DNA from: Candidatus Aegiribacteria sp.
GTDB lineage: Bacteria > Fermentibacterota > Fermentibacteria > Fermentibacterales > JCC-6
Assembly (NCBI GenBank): GCA_046498225.1
Contig: JAWOBF010000059.1
Coordinates: 60,617-124,616 of the forward strand
Length of the DNA stretch: 64,000 bases
Direction: 5' to 3'
Shown here: positions 19,859 to 29,939 of the stretch, piece by piece
Layout: every line of letters starts with the position of its first letter
Position numbering within the stretch: position 1 is the stretch's first letter
Program-made: the position numbers and the translations under genes
The notes under the pieces: model-generated
Database searches by the model: none
The model's input: only the letters and a program-made list of their open reading frames with translations
Told to the model about the DNA's origin: nothing

Positions 19859-20435
19859 ACTTCCTGCATTCGCCGCACAGACACATCTTCCTGTCATCTC
19901 CCTCCAGCTCTGACAGGCAGCGGTCCAGCAGAGAATCGTACATTTCCCCCGATTTCGGCTTCCGGCAGCCGGGACATACGGGAAGAAGCCCGGAAAGGGT
20001 CCTCACCTTCCCCCGGAGGCTCTCCAGCCGTCCCTCCAGCTCCCGTATCCTGAGGATGTCCGGGAACCTGCTCAGGGCCAGCTGAATGGCCCTGTCCAGT
20101 TCCTCCGGCTCGGGAGGTTTCACCACGTATGCTCCCACACCGGCTTTTCTGGCATCACTCGTGAGCTCATCGCTTTCGTAGGCGCTGAGTATCACGATGG
20201 GCGTGGGAAAGTGCTTCTGCATGAGAATGGAGGCTTCCAGGCCGGTCATCCTGGGCATTTTGATGTCCATGAGAACTACGTCCGGTTTCAGTTCCCTTAC
20301 CATTTCCAGGGCCTCATGACCGTCCTCAGCCTCACCGGCTATTCCGTAGCCCAGCTCCTCCAGCATACCGCGGACCATCTCCGAGACCAGGTGGTCGTCC
20401 TCCACCACCAGTACCGTTTCTCTCTCACTGTTCAT
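19836..20435 (-). CDS. Response regulator (REC) with Cys-rich C-terminal tail
   Basis: VLVVEDD, PDVVLMDIKMP, LSAY and YVVKP motifs; tail LSGLLPVCPGCRK...CLCGEC. Confidence 0.85.
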   Translation of the reverse strand: MNSERETVLVVEDDHLVSEMVRGMLEELGYGIAGEAEDGHEALEMVRELKPDVVLMDIKMPRMTGLEASILMQKHFPTPIVILSAYESDELTSDARKAGVGAYVVKPPEPEELDRAIQLALSRFPDILRIRELEGRLESLRGKVRTLSGLLPVCPGCRKPKSGEMYDSLLDRCLSELEGDDRKMCLCGECRKSSEADGN

Positions 20436-21972
20436 CCTCGACCTCCGGTTCCGCGATGCTGAAGCCTATCCTGGTCACGGCCCCCCCATCGTTGAGCAGG
20501 GTCAGTCTTCCCTGCAGGTTCTTTGATATCAGGTTCTGAATGAGATCCAGACCCAGGTTCTTCCTCTTCAGCGACAGTACGTCCCCCGGATAACCGGGAC
20601 CGTTGTCGCTGTAGGTGAGGTTCACATTGCCCGCCCTGTCCTTCCGCATCCTTACCTTTATCCTTAGGGATGACCTGTCCTTCAGGGCATGCTTTATCGA
20701 GTTCCTTACCAGCTCGTTGATGATGAGCGCCATGGCATGGGCCTGGCCCGGGCCGACCGTTATGGAACTGTTGGATACGGAGGCGGTAAGCTTCTTCTTC
20801 TCCACCGCGTGGGATATGGCCCCGTTTACTATTCCCCTGGCCAGCTCGGTGAGCCTCAGGGGGTTCCAGCCGGACCTGGATAGCATGTCATGCACCGTGG
20901 CCAGACCCCTTATCCTGCCTGTGAGGTTGCCGATGAACTCGCTGTAGTCACCGCTGGAGAATCTCTTCTGGGCGTAGAGCAGTCCGATTATCTCCGACAG
21001 GTTGTTCTTCACCCTGTGGTTCACCTCTCTCAGCAGGACGGCGTTCACCTGGGCCTCGGTCTCGGCCCTGCGGTACATCTCCATCAGCTCCTTCTCCATC
21101 CTGTTGCGCTCAAGTGCGTTGCCTATGGCGTCTCCGACGATCCTCAGAAGATCTATCTTCTCCTCGCTCCACTGTCTACGCCGGTTCACGCTGTCGAAGC
21201 CCAGAAAACCGGTGAGGTCGCTTCCGTGGATGATGGGAACGGCCACTGTTGACTGCACATATCCCTCCTCCAGCATTCGCCTCTCCGATTCGGCCCATTC
21301 GGGCATGGAGGAGAGTTGCGGAATGTGTATCGTCTCGTGCATCTGCAGCCTGTTCATCCACCAGGGAAGTTCCGCGGTGGCCAGGTCCTGCAGCAGGTCG
21401 GCTCTGGGCTGAATGTTCGAGGCGCACCATTCATGGGTACAGCTCATGCGCTCCTGGTCTCCGCTGAACTGGAAGAGGTAGGCCCTGTCCACATCGATGG
21501 CCACTCCTATGCTGAGCAGGGCGTCATGGATGCCCATGTTGAGAGCGGACCCCTGCATCTCTATGAAATCGATGGCTATGCTCACCAGCAGACTCTCGAA
21601 CTTTCTCCTGAAATCCATCTTCCTTCTGATTGTCTCGGCATCCGTTATATCTCTCATTATGACCAGCAGCCCCCCGGTTCCGGGATGGATCGATGTACTG
21701 AAGACCCTTTCATCGTAATCCAGGACCAGACTGGACGCATCACCGGAAGCGAGCGTATCCTTCAGACCCTCCTCCAGCATTCCGCAAAGTTCCTCCCCCG
21801 ATGCCTCCCGGAAGGTTACGACCCGTCCGTCCGTTTCCTCCAGCCGGACCAGCTCCCTGAAAGCCTCGTTGCAGTAGCTCAGCTCCATTCCTCCGTTGAG
21901 AGAGAACACCGGATCGATCAACCTCTCCAGAATGGCCGACCGCTCTTCCATGGACCTTCCGAACGCCTTCAC
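20425..21972 (-). CDS. Cytoplasmic PAS/GAF sensor histidine kinase (HisKA_2/HWE-like)
   Basis: LLREVNHRVKNNL H-box, NELVRNSIKHA N-box, DNGPG and LGL motifs; N-terminal PAS and GAF regions. Start uncertain (GTG 21972 with GGAGG, or ATG 21951). Confidence 0.88.
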   Translation of the reverse strand: MKAFGRSMEERSAILERLIDPVFSLNGGMELSYCNEAFRELVRLEETDGRVVTFREASGEELCGMLEEGLKDTLASGDASSLVLDYDERVFSTSIHPGTGGLLVIMRDITDAETIRRKMDFRRKFESLLVSIAIDFIEMQGSALNMGIHDALLSIGVAIDVDRAYLFQFSGDQERMSCTHEWCASNIQPRADLLQDLATAELPWWMNRLQMHETIHIPQLSSMPEWAESERRMLEEGYVQSTVAVPIIHGSDLTGFLGFDSVNRRRQWSEEKIDLLRIVGDAIGNALERNRMEKELMEMYRRAETEAQVNAVLLREVNHRVKNNLSEIIGLLYAQKRFSSGDYSEFIGNLTGRIRGLATVHDMLSRSGWNPLRLTELARGIVNGAISHAVEKKKLTASVSNSSITVGPGQAHAMALIINELVRNSIKHALKDRSSLRIKVRMRKDRAGNVNLTYSDNGPGYPGDVLSLKRKNLGLDLIQNLISKNLQGRLTLLNDGGAVTRIGFSIAEPEVEDEQ

Positions 21973-22269
21973 CGTCCTGACCCTCCGGATCCCTCCACCC
22001 GCCATGGATGACAGCCGGCTTTCGGGGCCTCCTGAAGGATGGAGGGTTCCTCGTCCATGGAATCCATCCGCTCGCAAACGTTCTTCAGCCGCTCAAGGGG
22101 ATCTATTCCGGTCCAGCTCCTTTCCCGGCCCGTCTGCGGGCCGTTGATGGAATATATGTATTACTGTGCCGCCGCAGAACCTCAGGATTGTCAATAATTG
22201 ACATTTTAACCGGAAACGTCTATTGATTCATTGTACGTTGCTGAAAACTATTCGAAACGGAGGAAGAAA

Positions 22270-23103
22270 ATGAGATATGCCTTTTTTGCCCTCATGATCC
22301 TCGCGGTTGCCCTCTCGGCATCCGTCAGGGTGGGCGGCTCCGGGCAGTCCGGCCACTGGCCGGTAAGGGGTTCCTACTCCATCGTGAGGCAGATGACCGG
22401 CGGGCTTGAAGCATCTTACGGTCTTGCCATAAAGACCACCGTCCCGAACAGCATCTGGATACTCAACTGGAGCGACATGGCCAACTACGAGTTCGAGATC
22501 GACTCCGGCGACCCCACCGGCGAATCCTGGGCCATCACCGGGGGAGTAGACCCTGACGACCAGGCCTTCTGCGAGTACACCAGCGGAGCCCAGTGGTTCA
22601 TGACCGACTACTCGGCCAGTTTCTTCGCGGTGTTCGAGGAGGACGGCACCTTCATCCACAACATCGACGGTCCCGCCGGCTACACCAATCTTTTCGGCGT
22701 TGGAGCAGGCTACGACAACATCTACCTCGGAAGCCCCAACGATGACAAGCTGGCCTGGGGAGCCTATACAGGTTCCGAGACATCCATCACCTGGTCGGAT
22801 ATCGGCTACGACGGAAAGGCCGTCTACGGCCTGGCCGTATGGGAGAACTACCTTTTCGTGGCCACCTCCGACGAGGCCGACGTCAACATCATAATACACC
22901 AGCTCAACCCCGACGGTTCACCGGACCCAACACCCGTATGGACCACCATATTCTTCGAGGCACCGGTCAACGGCGGAATAGACTACGACGGCGAATACCT
23001 CTACATCTACCCGCAGAACGACTACATCTACGTGCTGGATATAGACTTCGAGCCCGAGGCCCTTCAGCAGAGCACCTGGGGCAATATCAAGTCCGCTTTC
23101 TAG
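22270..23103 (+). CDS. Secreted acidic beta-rich protein with C-terminal TWGxIK motif
   Basis: Signal peptide MRYAFFALMILAVALSA; beta-propeller-like repeats; ends ALQQSTWGNIKSAF*. Confidence 0.7.
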   Translation: MRYAFFALMILAVALSASVRVGGSGQSGHWPVRGSYSIVRQMTGGLEASYGLAIKTTVPNSIWILNWSDMANYEFEIDSGDPTGESWAITGGVDPDDQAFCEYTSGAQWFMTDYSASFFAVFEEDGTFIHNIDGPAGYTNLFGVGAGYDNIYLGSPNDDKLAWGAYTGSETSITWSDIGYDGKAVYGLAVWENYLFVATSDEADVNIIIHQLNPDGSPDPTPVWTTIFFEAPVNGGIDYDGEYLYIYPQNDYIYVLDIDFEPEALQQSTWGNIKSAF

Positions 23104-23124
23104 CAGCCGCACACTGCCGTAACG

Positions 23125-23160
23125 GAAGAAAGGCGGGACCTCTCCCGCCTTTCTTCTTTT
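23125..23160. terminator. Intrinsic terminator, probably bidirectional
   Basis: 14-bp perfect stem GAAGAAAGGCGGGA-CCTC-TCCCGCCTTTCTTC plus T tract, between convergent genes. Confidence 0.85.
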
Positions 23161-23177
23161 GCTGTCTCCGACGCTTT

Positions 23178-24206
23178 CTATACCAGGTCCGGGTCGCTCT
23201 TTTCCAGCTCCGCCACGATCTCCCGCAGCCGCTGGGAGTACTCATCGCTCATCACCAGGGTGACCTTTTCCGTCTCCACCACCGATACGTTGCTAAGGCC
23301 CATCAGGACCGTGAGCTTTCCCGGGTTCCACACCGTAGTGTTCCCGCTGTCCATGGAAAGCACCTCTCCCCTTCCCACGCCGCATTCCCGGGCTGAGGGC
23401 CAGTCCCCTATGTCGTTCCACCCGAACCGGGCGGGGACCACCACCACGTCTTCGGCCTTCTCCATTATCCCGTAGTCCACGGACACCGATTCAAGGGAGC
23501 AGTACACCTCCGGGTCGGGGGTGGTTTCCTTTCCCAGCCCCTGAAGGCCCCTGGCCAGCCGGGGAAGATGGGCGGATATCTCGTTCATTATCTCGTCGGG
23601 CCTCCAGATGAACATCCCCGCGTTCCACAGGTACTCCCCGCTGGCGAGGTATCGGGAGGCTGTAGCGCTGTCGGGCTTCTCAGTGAACGATATCACCCGC
23701 GAGACATCATCCCCGCAGGGCCGGCCCGCGTGCAGGTAGCCGAACCCGGTGGCGGGCCTGTCCGGAGGAATGCCTATGGTTACCAGCCTGCCCTCGGCGG
23801 CGGGACCCGCGGCGAGGCGAACAGTTTCCCTGAAACCCTCCGGGCTGTCTATCACATGGTCGGAGGGCACCACTACCATCAGGGACGAACCGAGCCCCCT
23901 TTCGATGAGCGTTGCGGCCGCCCAGCCTATGCAGGGAGCGGTGTTCCTGCCGGATGGTTCCAGCAGAAGGTTCTCCCTGTCCAGCCATGGAAGCTGCTCC
24001 ATGACCGTATCCCCGTACTCCCTTCCGGTTACCACCAGTACGCTGTCCCGTCCGCAGAGGCCCTGGAACCTGTCGGCTGTCTGCTGCAGCATGGTCCTGT
24101 CCCCCGTGAGCTTCAGGAACTGCTTGGGCATGCCGGAGGTGGAGACCGGCCAGAACCGGGTCCCCCTGCCTCCAGCCATGATGACTGCTGCGAATCTTTG
24201 TTCCAT
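23178..24206 (-). CDS. manC: Mannose-1-phosphate guanylyltransferase
   Basis: IMAGGRGTRFWPVS...PKQFL, EPSGRNTAPCI, PSDH, FTEKP, WNAGMF, SVDYGIMEK and WNDIGDW motifs. Confidence 0.93.
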   Translation of the reverse strand: MEQRFAAVIMAGGRGTRFWPVSTSGMPKQFLKLTGDRTMLQQTADRFQGLCGRDSVLVVTGREYGDTVMEQLPWLDRENLLLEPSGRNTAPCIGWAAATLIERGLGSSLMVVVPSDHVIDSPEGFRETVRLAAGPAAEGRLVTIGIPPDRPATGFGYLHAGRPCGDDVSRVISFTEKPDSATASRYLASGEYLWNAGMFIWRPDEIMNEISAHLPRLARGLQGLGKETTPDPEVYCSLESVSVDYGIMEKAEDVVVVPARFGWNDIGDWPSARECGVGRGEVLSMDSGNTTVWNPGKLTVLMGLSNVSVVETEKVTLVMSDEYSQRLREIVAELEKSDPDLV

Positions 24207-24215
24207 GGTCTCCCT

Positions 24216-25070
24216 TCAGGGTTCTATCAGGTAGCCAGAACCTCCCAGCTGGAAACTCCCTCCCCCGGAATCGGCCAGCAGGCAGGCGGGCGCCTGGAGT
24301 TCGGAGCCCGGCAGGGCCCAGCCCGAACAGAGAAAGAAGATGCATCCGCCGGGCAGGCGCAGCGTGTCGTTCTGGCTCACGTGACTTATCGAGTAATCCG
24401 CATTCAGTTTGCCTCCCCGGAAGATCCCGTCCCCGCTCAGGGGCACCGGATTTCCGGGACTGTCCCAGTCCACGGCGTTCATGCCTTTCTTCAGATGCAG
24501 CTCTCGCCGTCCGCCCCCCCGGTCCCTCCTGTCCCAGTCGTAGAGCCTGTAGGTGACGTCGCAGTTGCTCTGGACCTCAAGTACGGTGAGTCCCGGCCCC
24601 AGGGCATGCACGGTGCCGGGAGGTATGTGATAGGCATCGCCCTCCTCCAGGGGGACCCTGCGCAGACATTCTTCCGCCCTCCCCTCCTTAACCGCCCTGA
24701 GAAAGGCATCCCTGTCGGTTCCCTTCAACCCTCCCATCATCCAGGCACCGGGTTCCGCCGAGAGCACTATCCAGGTCTCCTCCTTCCGGAGATCTCCGCC
24801 GGTGGCGCCGGGATGCACCTGCACCGAGAGCCGGTCGGCTGTGTGCAGGGTCTTCAGAAGCACGGGATACGAGCTGCCTCCGGGAAGCCTGCCCGAGGAC
24901 ACAAGGCGTTCGACCGTGGTCCTTTCAGAGCCCGAGGGGTCCTTGAGCACGGCGGAATCGTCCCCCCTGTGGAAGACCCACCATATCTCCCCTGCGGGCA
25001 GGTCCCCATCCCTACGGGGAATTGAGCCCCAGACCCTGGGGACATACAGGGGCTCGGTCAGGAACAGCAT
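24216..25070 (-). CDS. manA: Type I mannose-6-phosphate isomerase (cupin)
   Basis: LLKTL..ADRLSVQVHP, KEETW, IPPGTVHALG and EVQSNCDVTYRLYDWDR motifs. Confidence 0.9.
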   Translation of the reverse strand: MLFLTEPLYVPRVWGSIPRRDGDLPAGEIWWVFHRGDDSAVLKDPSGSERTTVERLVSSGRLPGGSSYPVLLKTLHTADRLSVQVHPGATGGDLRKEETWIVLSAEPGAWMMGGLKGTDRDAFLRAVKEGRAEECLRRVPLEEGDAYHIPPGTVHALGPGLTVLEVQSNCDVTYRLYDWDRRDRGGGRRELHLKKGMNAVDWDSPGNPVPLSGDGIFRGGKLNADYSISHVSQNDTLRLPGGCIFFLCSGWALPGSELQAPACLLADSGGGSFQLGGSGYLIEP

Positions 25071-25076
25071 ATCAGT

Positions 25077-25781
25077 TCACCTCTTCAGCCGGTCCAGCAT
25101 CCCTCTCAGCAGGACCGGACCGGTGAAATCCCTCTCGGGGTGCCACTGGACGGCCACAACGCCGCCGTCATCGGATTCCATTGCTTCAATGACCCCGTCG
25201 GAAGAACGGGCCGCGACGCGGAAACCGCCGGGTACATCGCTCACCGCCTGATGATGGTGGCTGGACACTTCGATCCCGTCACCGAAAATATGGTTAAGAA
25301 AAGTACCCCTGGTAAGGGCGATCATGTGGCTGGCCGGGCTTCCCGGTCTTCCGTGATGGTGGCAGGGGTTATCCACCTGGGCGGGTATGTCCTGTATGAG
25401 CTGCTCCCCCTCGGCGATCCCTATCAGCTGAATGCCCAGGCAGATGCCGAGTACGGGGATCCCCCTCCTCCTGGCGGACCTGTAGAACTCCATCTCCCAC
25501 AGGGGTCTCTCCCTCCTGCAATCCACGGAGCCGCAGTTAAGCTGACCGTAGAGGTCCGGGTCCGGGTCCCCCCCGCCGGTGAGCACCACCATGTCCAGAA
25601 TGTCCAGAATGCCCTCGAGACCGCCGGCCGAAGGCACTATTCCCACCGGCACGGTATTCGCCGTTCCCATCAGGTCGGCGTAGCTCTGGTTGAGTGAGAA
25701 CAGCCAGCGTCCGCAGGAAGGGACCCTTTCCCCGTCGTTACGCTGCCAGTTCAGGGTCAGGCCGATTACCGGCCTTCTCAT
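25077..25781 (-). CDS. Peptidase C26 / gamma-glutamyl-GABA hydrolase family glutamine amidotransferase
   Basis: MRRPVIGLT start, LTGGGD, PVLGICLGIQ, SHHHQAV, DGVIEA and VQWHPE motifs. Confidence 0.88.
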   Translation of the reverse strand: MRRPVIGLTLNWQRNDGERVPSCGRWLFSLNQSYADLMGTANTVPVGIVPSAGGLEGILDILDMVVLTGGGDPDPDLYGQLNCGSVDCRRERPLWEMEFYRSARRRGIPVLGICLGIQLIGIAEGEQLIQDIPAQVDNPCHHHGRPGSPASHMIALTRGTFLNHIFGDGIEVSSHHHQAVSDVPGGFRVAARSSDGVIEAMESDDGGVVAVQWHPERDFTGPVLLRGMLDRLKR

Positions 25782-26683
25782 CCGGTGATCTCCATCATCC
25801 GGTCCACGGCGCTGCGGGCCCTTCGCCTGATCCCGGGCTTCACCTCTATCACCGGCTTCAACTCTCTCAGGGAGTCCAGAACCTTTTGAAGGGATATCTT
25901 CTTCATGTTCGGACAGTAGATGCCGCCGACGGCCATGAAGTCCCGGTCCGGGTAGAGGGTCCGAAGGCGATAGATCATTCCCTCTTCCGTGCCTATCAGG
26001 AACCTTCCGCAGTCGGATGAGCCGATGTAGCGTATCATTCCGCCGGTCCCCAGGACCGCGTCGGCCATCTCCCATGCCTCCGGCGGGGTCTCCGGATGTA
26101 CCAGCAGCCGGGCGTCGGGCCACTCCTTCCGCTTGTCCCTGATACTTCCGATGTCAGCCGTCGCGTGGCTCCTGCAGGCTCCGTTCCATATATGCACCTT
26201 CTTGCCGGTACCTCTGCTCACGAAAGCGGCCAGGTTCCTGTCGGGGGCGAATAGGACCTGCTCCGAGGGAACCGCCTCCACAACTTCAAGGGCGTTGGCC
26301 GAAGTGCAGCAGGCGTAGCTCTCCGCCTTGACCGCCGCCGGTGAATTGACGTAGAGAACCGTCAGCGCGTCCGGATAAATGTCCTGCATGCTCCTCAGCG
26401 CGGGAACATCTATGCAGTCGGCCAGAGGGCACCCGGCTTCCGGTTCCGGCAGCAGAACGGTCTTCTCCGGGGAAAGGATGTGGGCCGTCTCCGCCATGAA
26501 CCTCACTCCGCAGAACACTATCACCGACGCTTCGGTGGAGGCCGCCAGCCGGCTGAGTTCCAGCGAATCACCCACGTGGTCGGCTATGTCCTGTATATCC
26601 GGGGGCTGGTAGCTGTGGGCCAGTATCACAGCGTCCCTTGAATCCCTGAGTTCCATGATCCCGCTGATCATTTCATCCTTCAT
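25778..26683 (-). CDS. nadA: Quinolinate synthase
   Basis: ILAHSYQ, GDSLELS, FCGVRFMAETA, AGCPLAD, YVNS, CTSANA, HPE, GTEEG and CPNMKK motifs. Confidence 0.95.
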   Translation of the reverse strand: MKDEMISGIMELRDSRDAVILAHSYQPPDIQDIADHVGDSLELSRLAASTEASVIVFCGVRFMAETAHILSPEKTVLLPEPEAGCPLADCIDVPALRSMQDIYPDALTVLYVNSPAAVKAESYACCTSANALEVVEAVPSEQVLFAPDRNLAAFVSRGTGKKVHIWNGACRSHATADIGSIRDKRKEWPDARLLVHPETPPEAWEMADAVLGTGGMIRYIGSSDCGRFLIGTEEGMIYRLRTLYPDRDFMAVGGIYCPNMKKISLQKVLDSLRELKPVIEVKPGIRRRARSAVDRMMEITG

Positions 26684-27668
26684 CCTGTTTCCAATCATGC
26701 TTTTCCGTGGAGGAGACGAGCCCTCCCCCAATAACGGTAGAGTTCTGATATACCGCGCAGACCTGACCGGGAGCAACGGCCTCCTCGGCCCTTCGGAACT
26801 CAATATGAACCGTGTCGCCGTCTTCATCAAGAACGGCCGGCACCGGCCTGCGCCTGTACCTGGTCTGGACCAGGGCCTCGAAGGGGAAACTGCCGGGATG
26901 GACCAGCCAGTTCATCTCCACCAGCATGCATCCGGTGGAGGTGAGGTGGGCCCTTGTCCCGGCGGTTACGGTTCCCTCAAGCGGGTCCATTGAAACCACG
27001 TACATCCTTTCGCCAAGGGCTCCCAGCCCTTTCCTCTGACCCACGGTAAACCCCTCGATGCCCCGGTGGCGGCCGATGGTCCTTCCGGAGAGGTCCACGA
27101 TCCTTCCGGGCCTGCCCCTGGCGGGCGTCTGGAAGCAGAGGTCCATGCTCTCCTCTCTCCTGAACGGCAGCCCCAGGGACTCCGCCTTCTCCCGCACCCT
27201 CTCCTTCCGCGTCTCTCCCAGGGGAAAGGAACACCTGGCCAGGACATCCCGGCTTACCATGGAGAGGAAATAACTCTGGTCCTTGCGGGGGTCCGCTCCC
27301 CTCTGCAGCCTTCCTCCCGCCATTCTGGCGTAATGTCCCGTCAGGAGGCTCTCATCCGGGCGGAGCATGCGGAAAAGGGTGAGCAGCTTGACCCTTGCAT
27401 TGCACCTGGCGCAGGGATTGGGGGTAAGCCCGGAGGCAAGCATGATCCGGGACCATTCCCGCACCTCCCGGCGGAATTCGGCCTCGGCGTCCACCACGGT
27501 CAGGCCGACTCCCAGACGGGCGGCCACTTCCTTCGCCTCCGCGGGCGGGCCGGCCCCCGATGTGTCCACGTAGGCCGCCCTTACGGCGTCCAGCCGTTCG
27601 GAAGCCATGCTCAGCGCCAGGGAGGAATCCACTCCCCCCGAAAGGGCCACCAGGGCTTCGCGGTTCAT
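26673..27668 (-). CDS. mnmA: tRNA-specific 2-thiouridylase
   Basis: ALSGGVDSS, TPNPCARCN, TGHYA, KDQSYFL, ESMDLCF, FTVGQRKGLG and VAPGQ motifs. Confidence 0.93.
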   Translation of the reverse strand: MNREALVALSGGVDSSLALSMASERLDAVRAAYVDTSGAGPPAEAKEVAARLGVGLTVVDAEAEFRREVREWSRIMLASGLTPNPCARCNARVKLLTLFRMLRPDESLLTGHYARMAGGRLQRGADPRKDQSYFLSMVSRDVLARCSFPLGETRKERVREKAESLGLPFRREESMDLCFQTPARGRPGRIVDLSGRTIGRHRGIEGFTVGQRKGLGALGERMYVVSMDPLEGTVTAGTRAHLTSTGCMLVEMNWLVHPGSFPFEALVQTRYRRRPVPAVLDEDGDTVHIEFRRAEEAVAPGQVCAVYQNSTVIGGGLVSSTEKHDWKQDEG

Positions 27669-27669
27669 C

Positions 27670-28869
27670 TCAGGCGCCGAATTTTGAAAGTTTTCCCGCC
27701 GCAGCCATAAGAAGGGGCATCAGGTCGGTGGAGTGAAAGGTTCCCAGCGTACCGCCCAGGGCCTGTCTCTCGGAAAATGCTGTGCTTACGCCGGTCCTCT
27801 GAGGTCCTCCATGGACCAGAACCGGCACCGGGTGCCAGCTGTGCAGTTTCATGGGACAGGGTGTGCTGTGGTCACCGGTGAGGCAGACCACGTCGAAACC
27901 CGGGGCAAGGAAGCCGGGCAGGGCACTGTCGAAATCCTGAATGGCCGAGACCTTCGCCTCGGGGTCGCCGTCCTCGCCGGCGCTGTCCACCGGCTTGTGA
28001 TGAAGGAAGACCAGATGGCTGCCCTGCCTGACCGCCCGACCCACCGCCTCCGCCTCTCCCTGCAGGTTCTCCGGGCTGCACGCCATAACTTCCATTCCCA
28101 CCAGGCGGGCCACTCCCCGGTACATGGGGTAGAGGGCCACCGCGGCCGATTCCAGCTTGAACCGCTCCTTCATGGAAGGGAACTCCCTGTGAAGGGCGAA
28201 ACCTCTCATCAGAATGAAGTTGGCAGGGTGGTGCCCGCTGAGTATTTCTCCAGCCCGGTCCTGGAACTCCCTTACCATATCGCGGGTCCTGCCGGAGCCT
28301 CTCACCGGGACCGGCTCCTCCCCCTCCAGCCCGGGGTCGGTATCGTTCACGTCGTCACTGAGGTCCCCGTCGCGAAATACCACGCAGGCCCTGTGCTGCT
28401 TCACCGGCATCACGTGTACCTCCACGCCCTCTATCCGTATTTCCTGCAGAAGGGAAACCAGTTCGCGGCACTTCTCGGTGGATATCCTTCCGGCTCTCCT
28501 GTCGGTGACCACTCCGTCTTCGTCCACGGTGCAGAAATTTATCCGGGCCGCCAGGTCGCCATGCTTCAGCTGAAATCCAATTCCCGTGGCGGAAAGCACG
28601 CCCCTCCCCACTTCGTATTCCACAGGGTCGTAGCCGAAGAGCCCCAGGTGGGCCGGGCCGCTACCCGGTGTCACTCCCCTGGCTATGGGCAGGTGCATTC
28701 CCAGCGCTCCGCCTGCCGCCAGCCGGTCCATGTTCGGTGTATTCGCCGCCTCCAGCGGGGTACGGCCGTCCAGGGCCGGGACGGGGATGTCGCCGAGACC
28801 GTCCAGTACCGCCAGAAGTATCCTGGCTTCATTTTTCTTCGCTAAGCTCTCAATGAGTCCCTTGTACAT
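27670..28869 (-). CDS. apgM: 2,3-bisphosphoglycerate-independent phosphoglycerate mutase (archaeal-type)
   Basis: LDGLGD, TPLEAANTPNMD, PGSGPAHLGLFGYDP, DRRAGRI, TGDHSTP, HSWHPVP and KFGA motifs. Confidence 0.92.
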   Translation of the reverse strand: MYKGLIESLAKKNEARILLAVLDGLGDIPVPALDGRTPLEAANTPNMDRLAAGGALGMHLPIARGVTPGSGPAHLGLFGYDPVEYEVGRGVLSATGIGFQLKHGDLAARINFCTVDEDGVVTDRRAGRISTEKCRELVSLLQEIRIEGVEVHVMPVKQHRACVVFRDGDLSDDVNDTDPGLEGEEPVPVRGSGRTRDMVREFQDRAGEILSGHHPANFILMRGFALHREFPSMKERFKLESAAVALYPMYRGVARLVGMEVMACSPENLQGEAEAVGRAVRQGSHLVFLHHKPVDSAGEDGDPEAKVSAIQDFDSALPGFLAPGFDVVCLTGDHSTPCPMKLHSWHPVPVLVHGGPQRTGVSTAFSERQALGGTLGTFHSTDLMPLLMAAAGKLSKFGA

Positions 28870-28895
28870 CCTGCACCTCTATTCTTCATTCATCT

Positions 28896-29939
28896 TCACA
28901 CCTCGAACTCGACCCCCGACCCGGAGACGATTTCACCGGCTTCGAAGGGCTCCCGCCCTGCGGAGGAGAGTATCTCCATGACCCTGTTCAGGTCCTTCCG
29001 GTCCACCACGGCCAGGATCCCCGCGCCCATGTTGAATGCCTTTCTCATCTCTTCGGTACGTATGTCTCCCAGCTCCTGTATCATCCTGAATATTCCAGGA
29101 ACCCTCCAGCTGCGGTCGATGAGCGCTCCGCAGCCCCGGGGCAGTATCCTCGAGAGGTTTCCCGGAATGCCTCCCCCCGTGATATGGGCCAGGCCCTTGA
29201 GAAGCTTCATCTCCAGAAGCGGCCGAAGGGGTTCGAGGTAGCTCACATGGACCCGGAGCAGTGCATCGGCCACGGTCTCCCCCCCCAGCAGCGGATGGCT
29301 GTCCTCCGGTTTCATTCCCGCGGACTCGAAGATGACCTTCCTGGCCAGGGAGTAGCCGTTGGTATGAAGACCGCTGGAAGGCAGGCCCAATATGACGTCG
29401 CCGGGGGCGATTCGGGAACCGTCCATCACCATGTCGCGCTCCACAACTCCGACGATGGTGCCGGCCACGTCGTAGTCGCCCTCACCGTAGAATCCAGGCA
29501 TCTCCGCGGTCTCACCTCCCAGCAGGGAGCATCCGTTCTCCCTGCAGGCCCCGGCCAGCCCCGTGACTATTTCGGCGACGGTCACCGCGGAAAGGCGGCC
29601 GCACGCTATGTAATCCATGAAGAAGAGTGGTTCGGCCCCCTGAACCAGTATATCGTTCACGCAGTGGTTCACCAGGTCCCGTCCCACGGTGCCGTACCTG
29701 CCGGTCATGGAGGCCAGCCTGAGCTTCGTGCCCACTCCGTCGGTGCTGGCCACCAGAACCGGTTCCCTCATTCCGGGAAAGCCGGCGCTGAAAAGCCCCC
29801 CGAACTGGCCAAGGTCGGAGAGCACCTCCTTCCGGAAGGTTTTCCGGACCGCGTCCTTCATGAGGGATACAGCCCTCTCCCCCTCACGGATGTCCACACC
29901 GCTCGACCGGTAATCCAGTTTCCCCGTCATATCCTGCAT
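28896..29939 (-). CDS. purM: Phosphoribosylformylglycinamidine cyclo-ligase
   Basis: YRSSGVD, STDGVGTK, HCVNDI..QGAEPLFFMDY, GGETAEMPG, SSGLHTNGYSL, HITGGG and FNMG motifs. Confidence 0.96.
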   Translation of the reverse strand: MQDMTGKLDYRSSGVDIREGERAVSLMKDAVRKTFRKEVLSDLGQFGGLFSAGFPGMREPVLVASTDGVGTKLRLASMTGRYGTVGRDLVNHCVNDILVQGAEPLFFMDYIACGRLSAVTVAEIVTGLAGACRENGCSLLGGETAEMPGFYGEGDYDVAGTIVGVVERDMVMDGSRIAPGDVILGLPSSGLHTNGYSLARKVIFESAGMKPEDSHPLLGGETVADALLRVHVSYLEPLRPLLEMKLLKGLAHITGGGIPGNLSRILPRGCGALIDRSWRVPGIFRMIQELGDIRTEEMRKAFNMGAGILAVVDRKDLNRVMEILSSAGREPFEAGEIVSGSGVEFEV

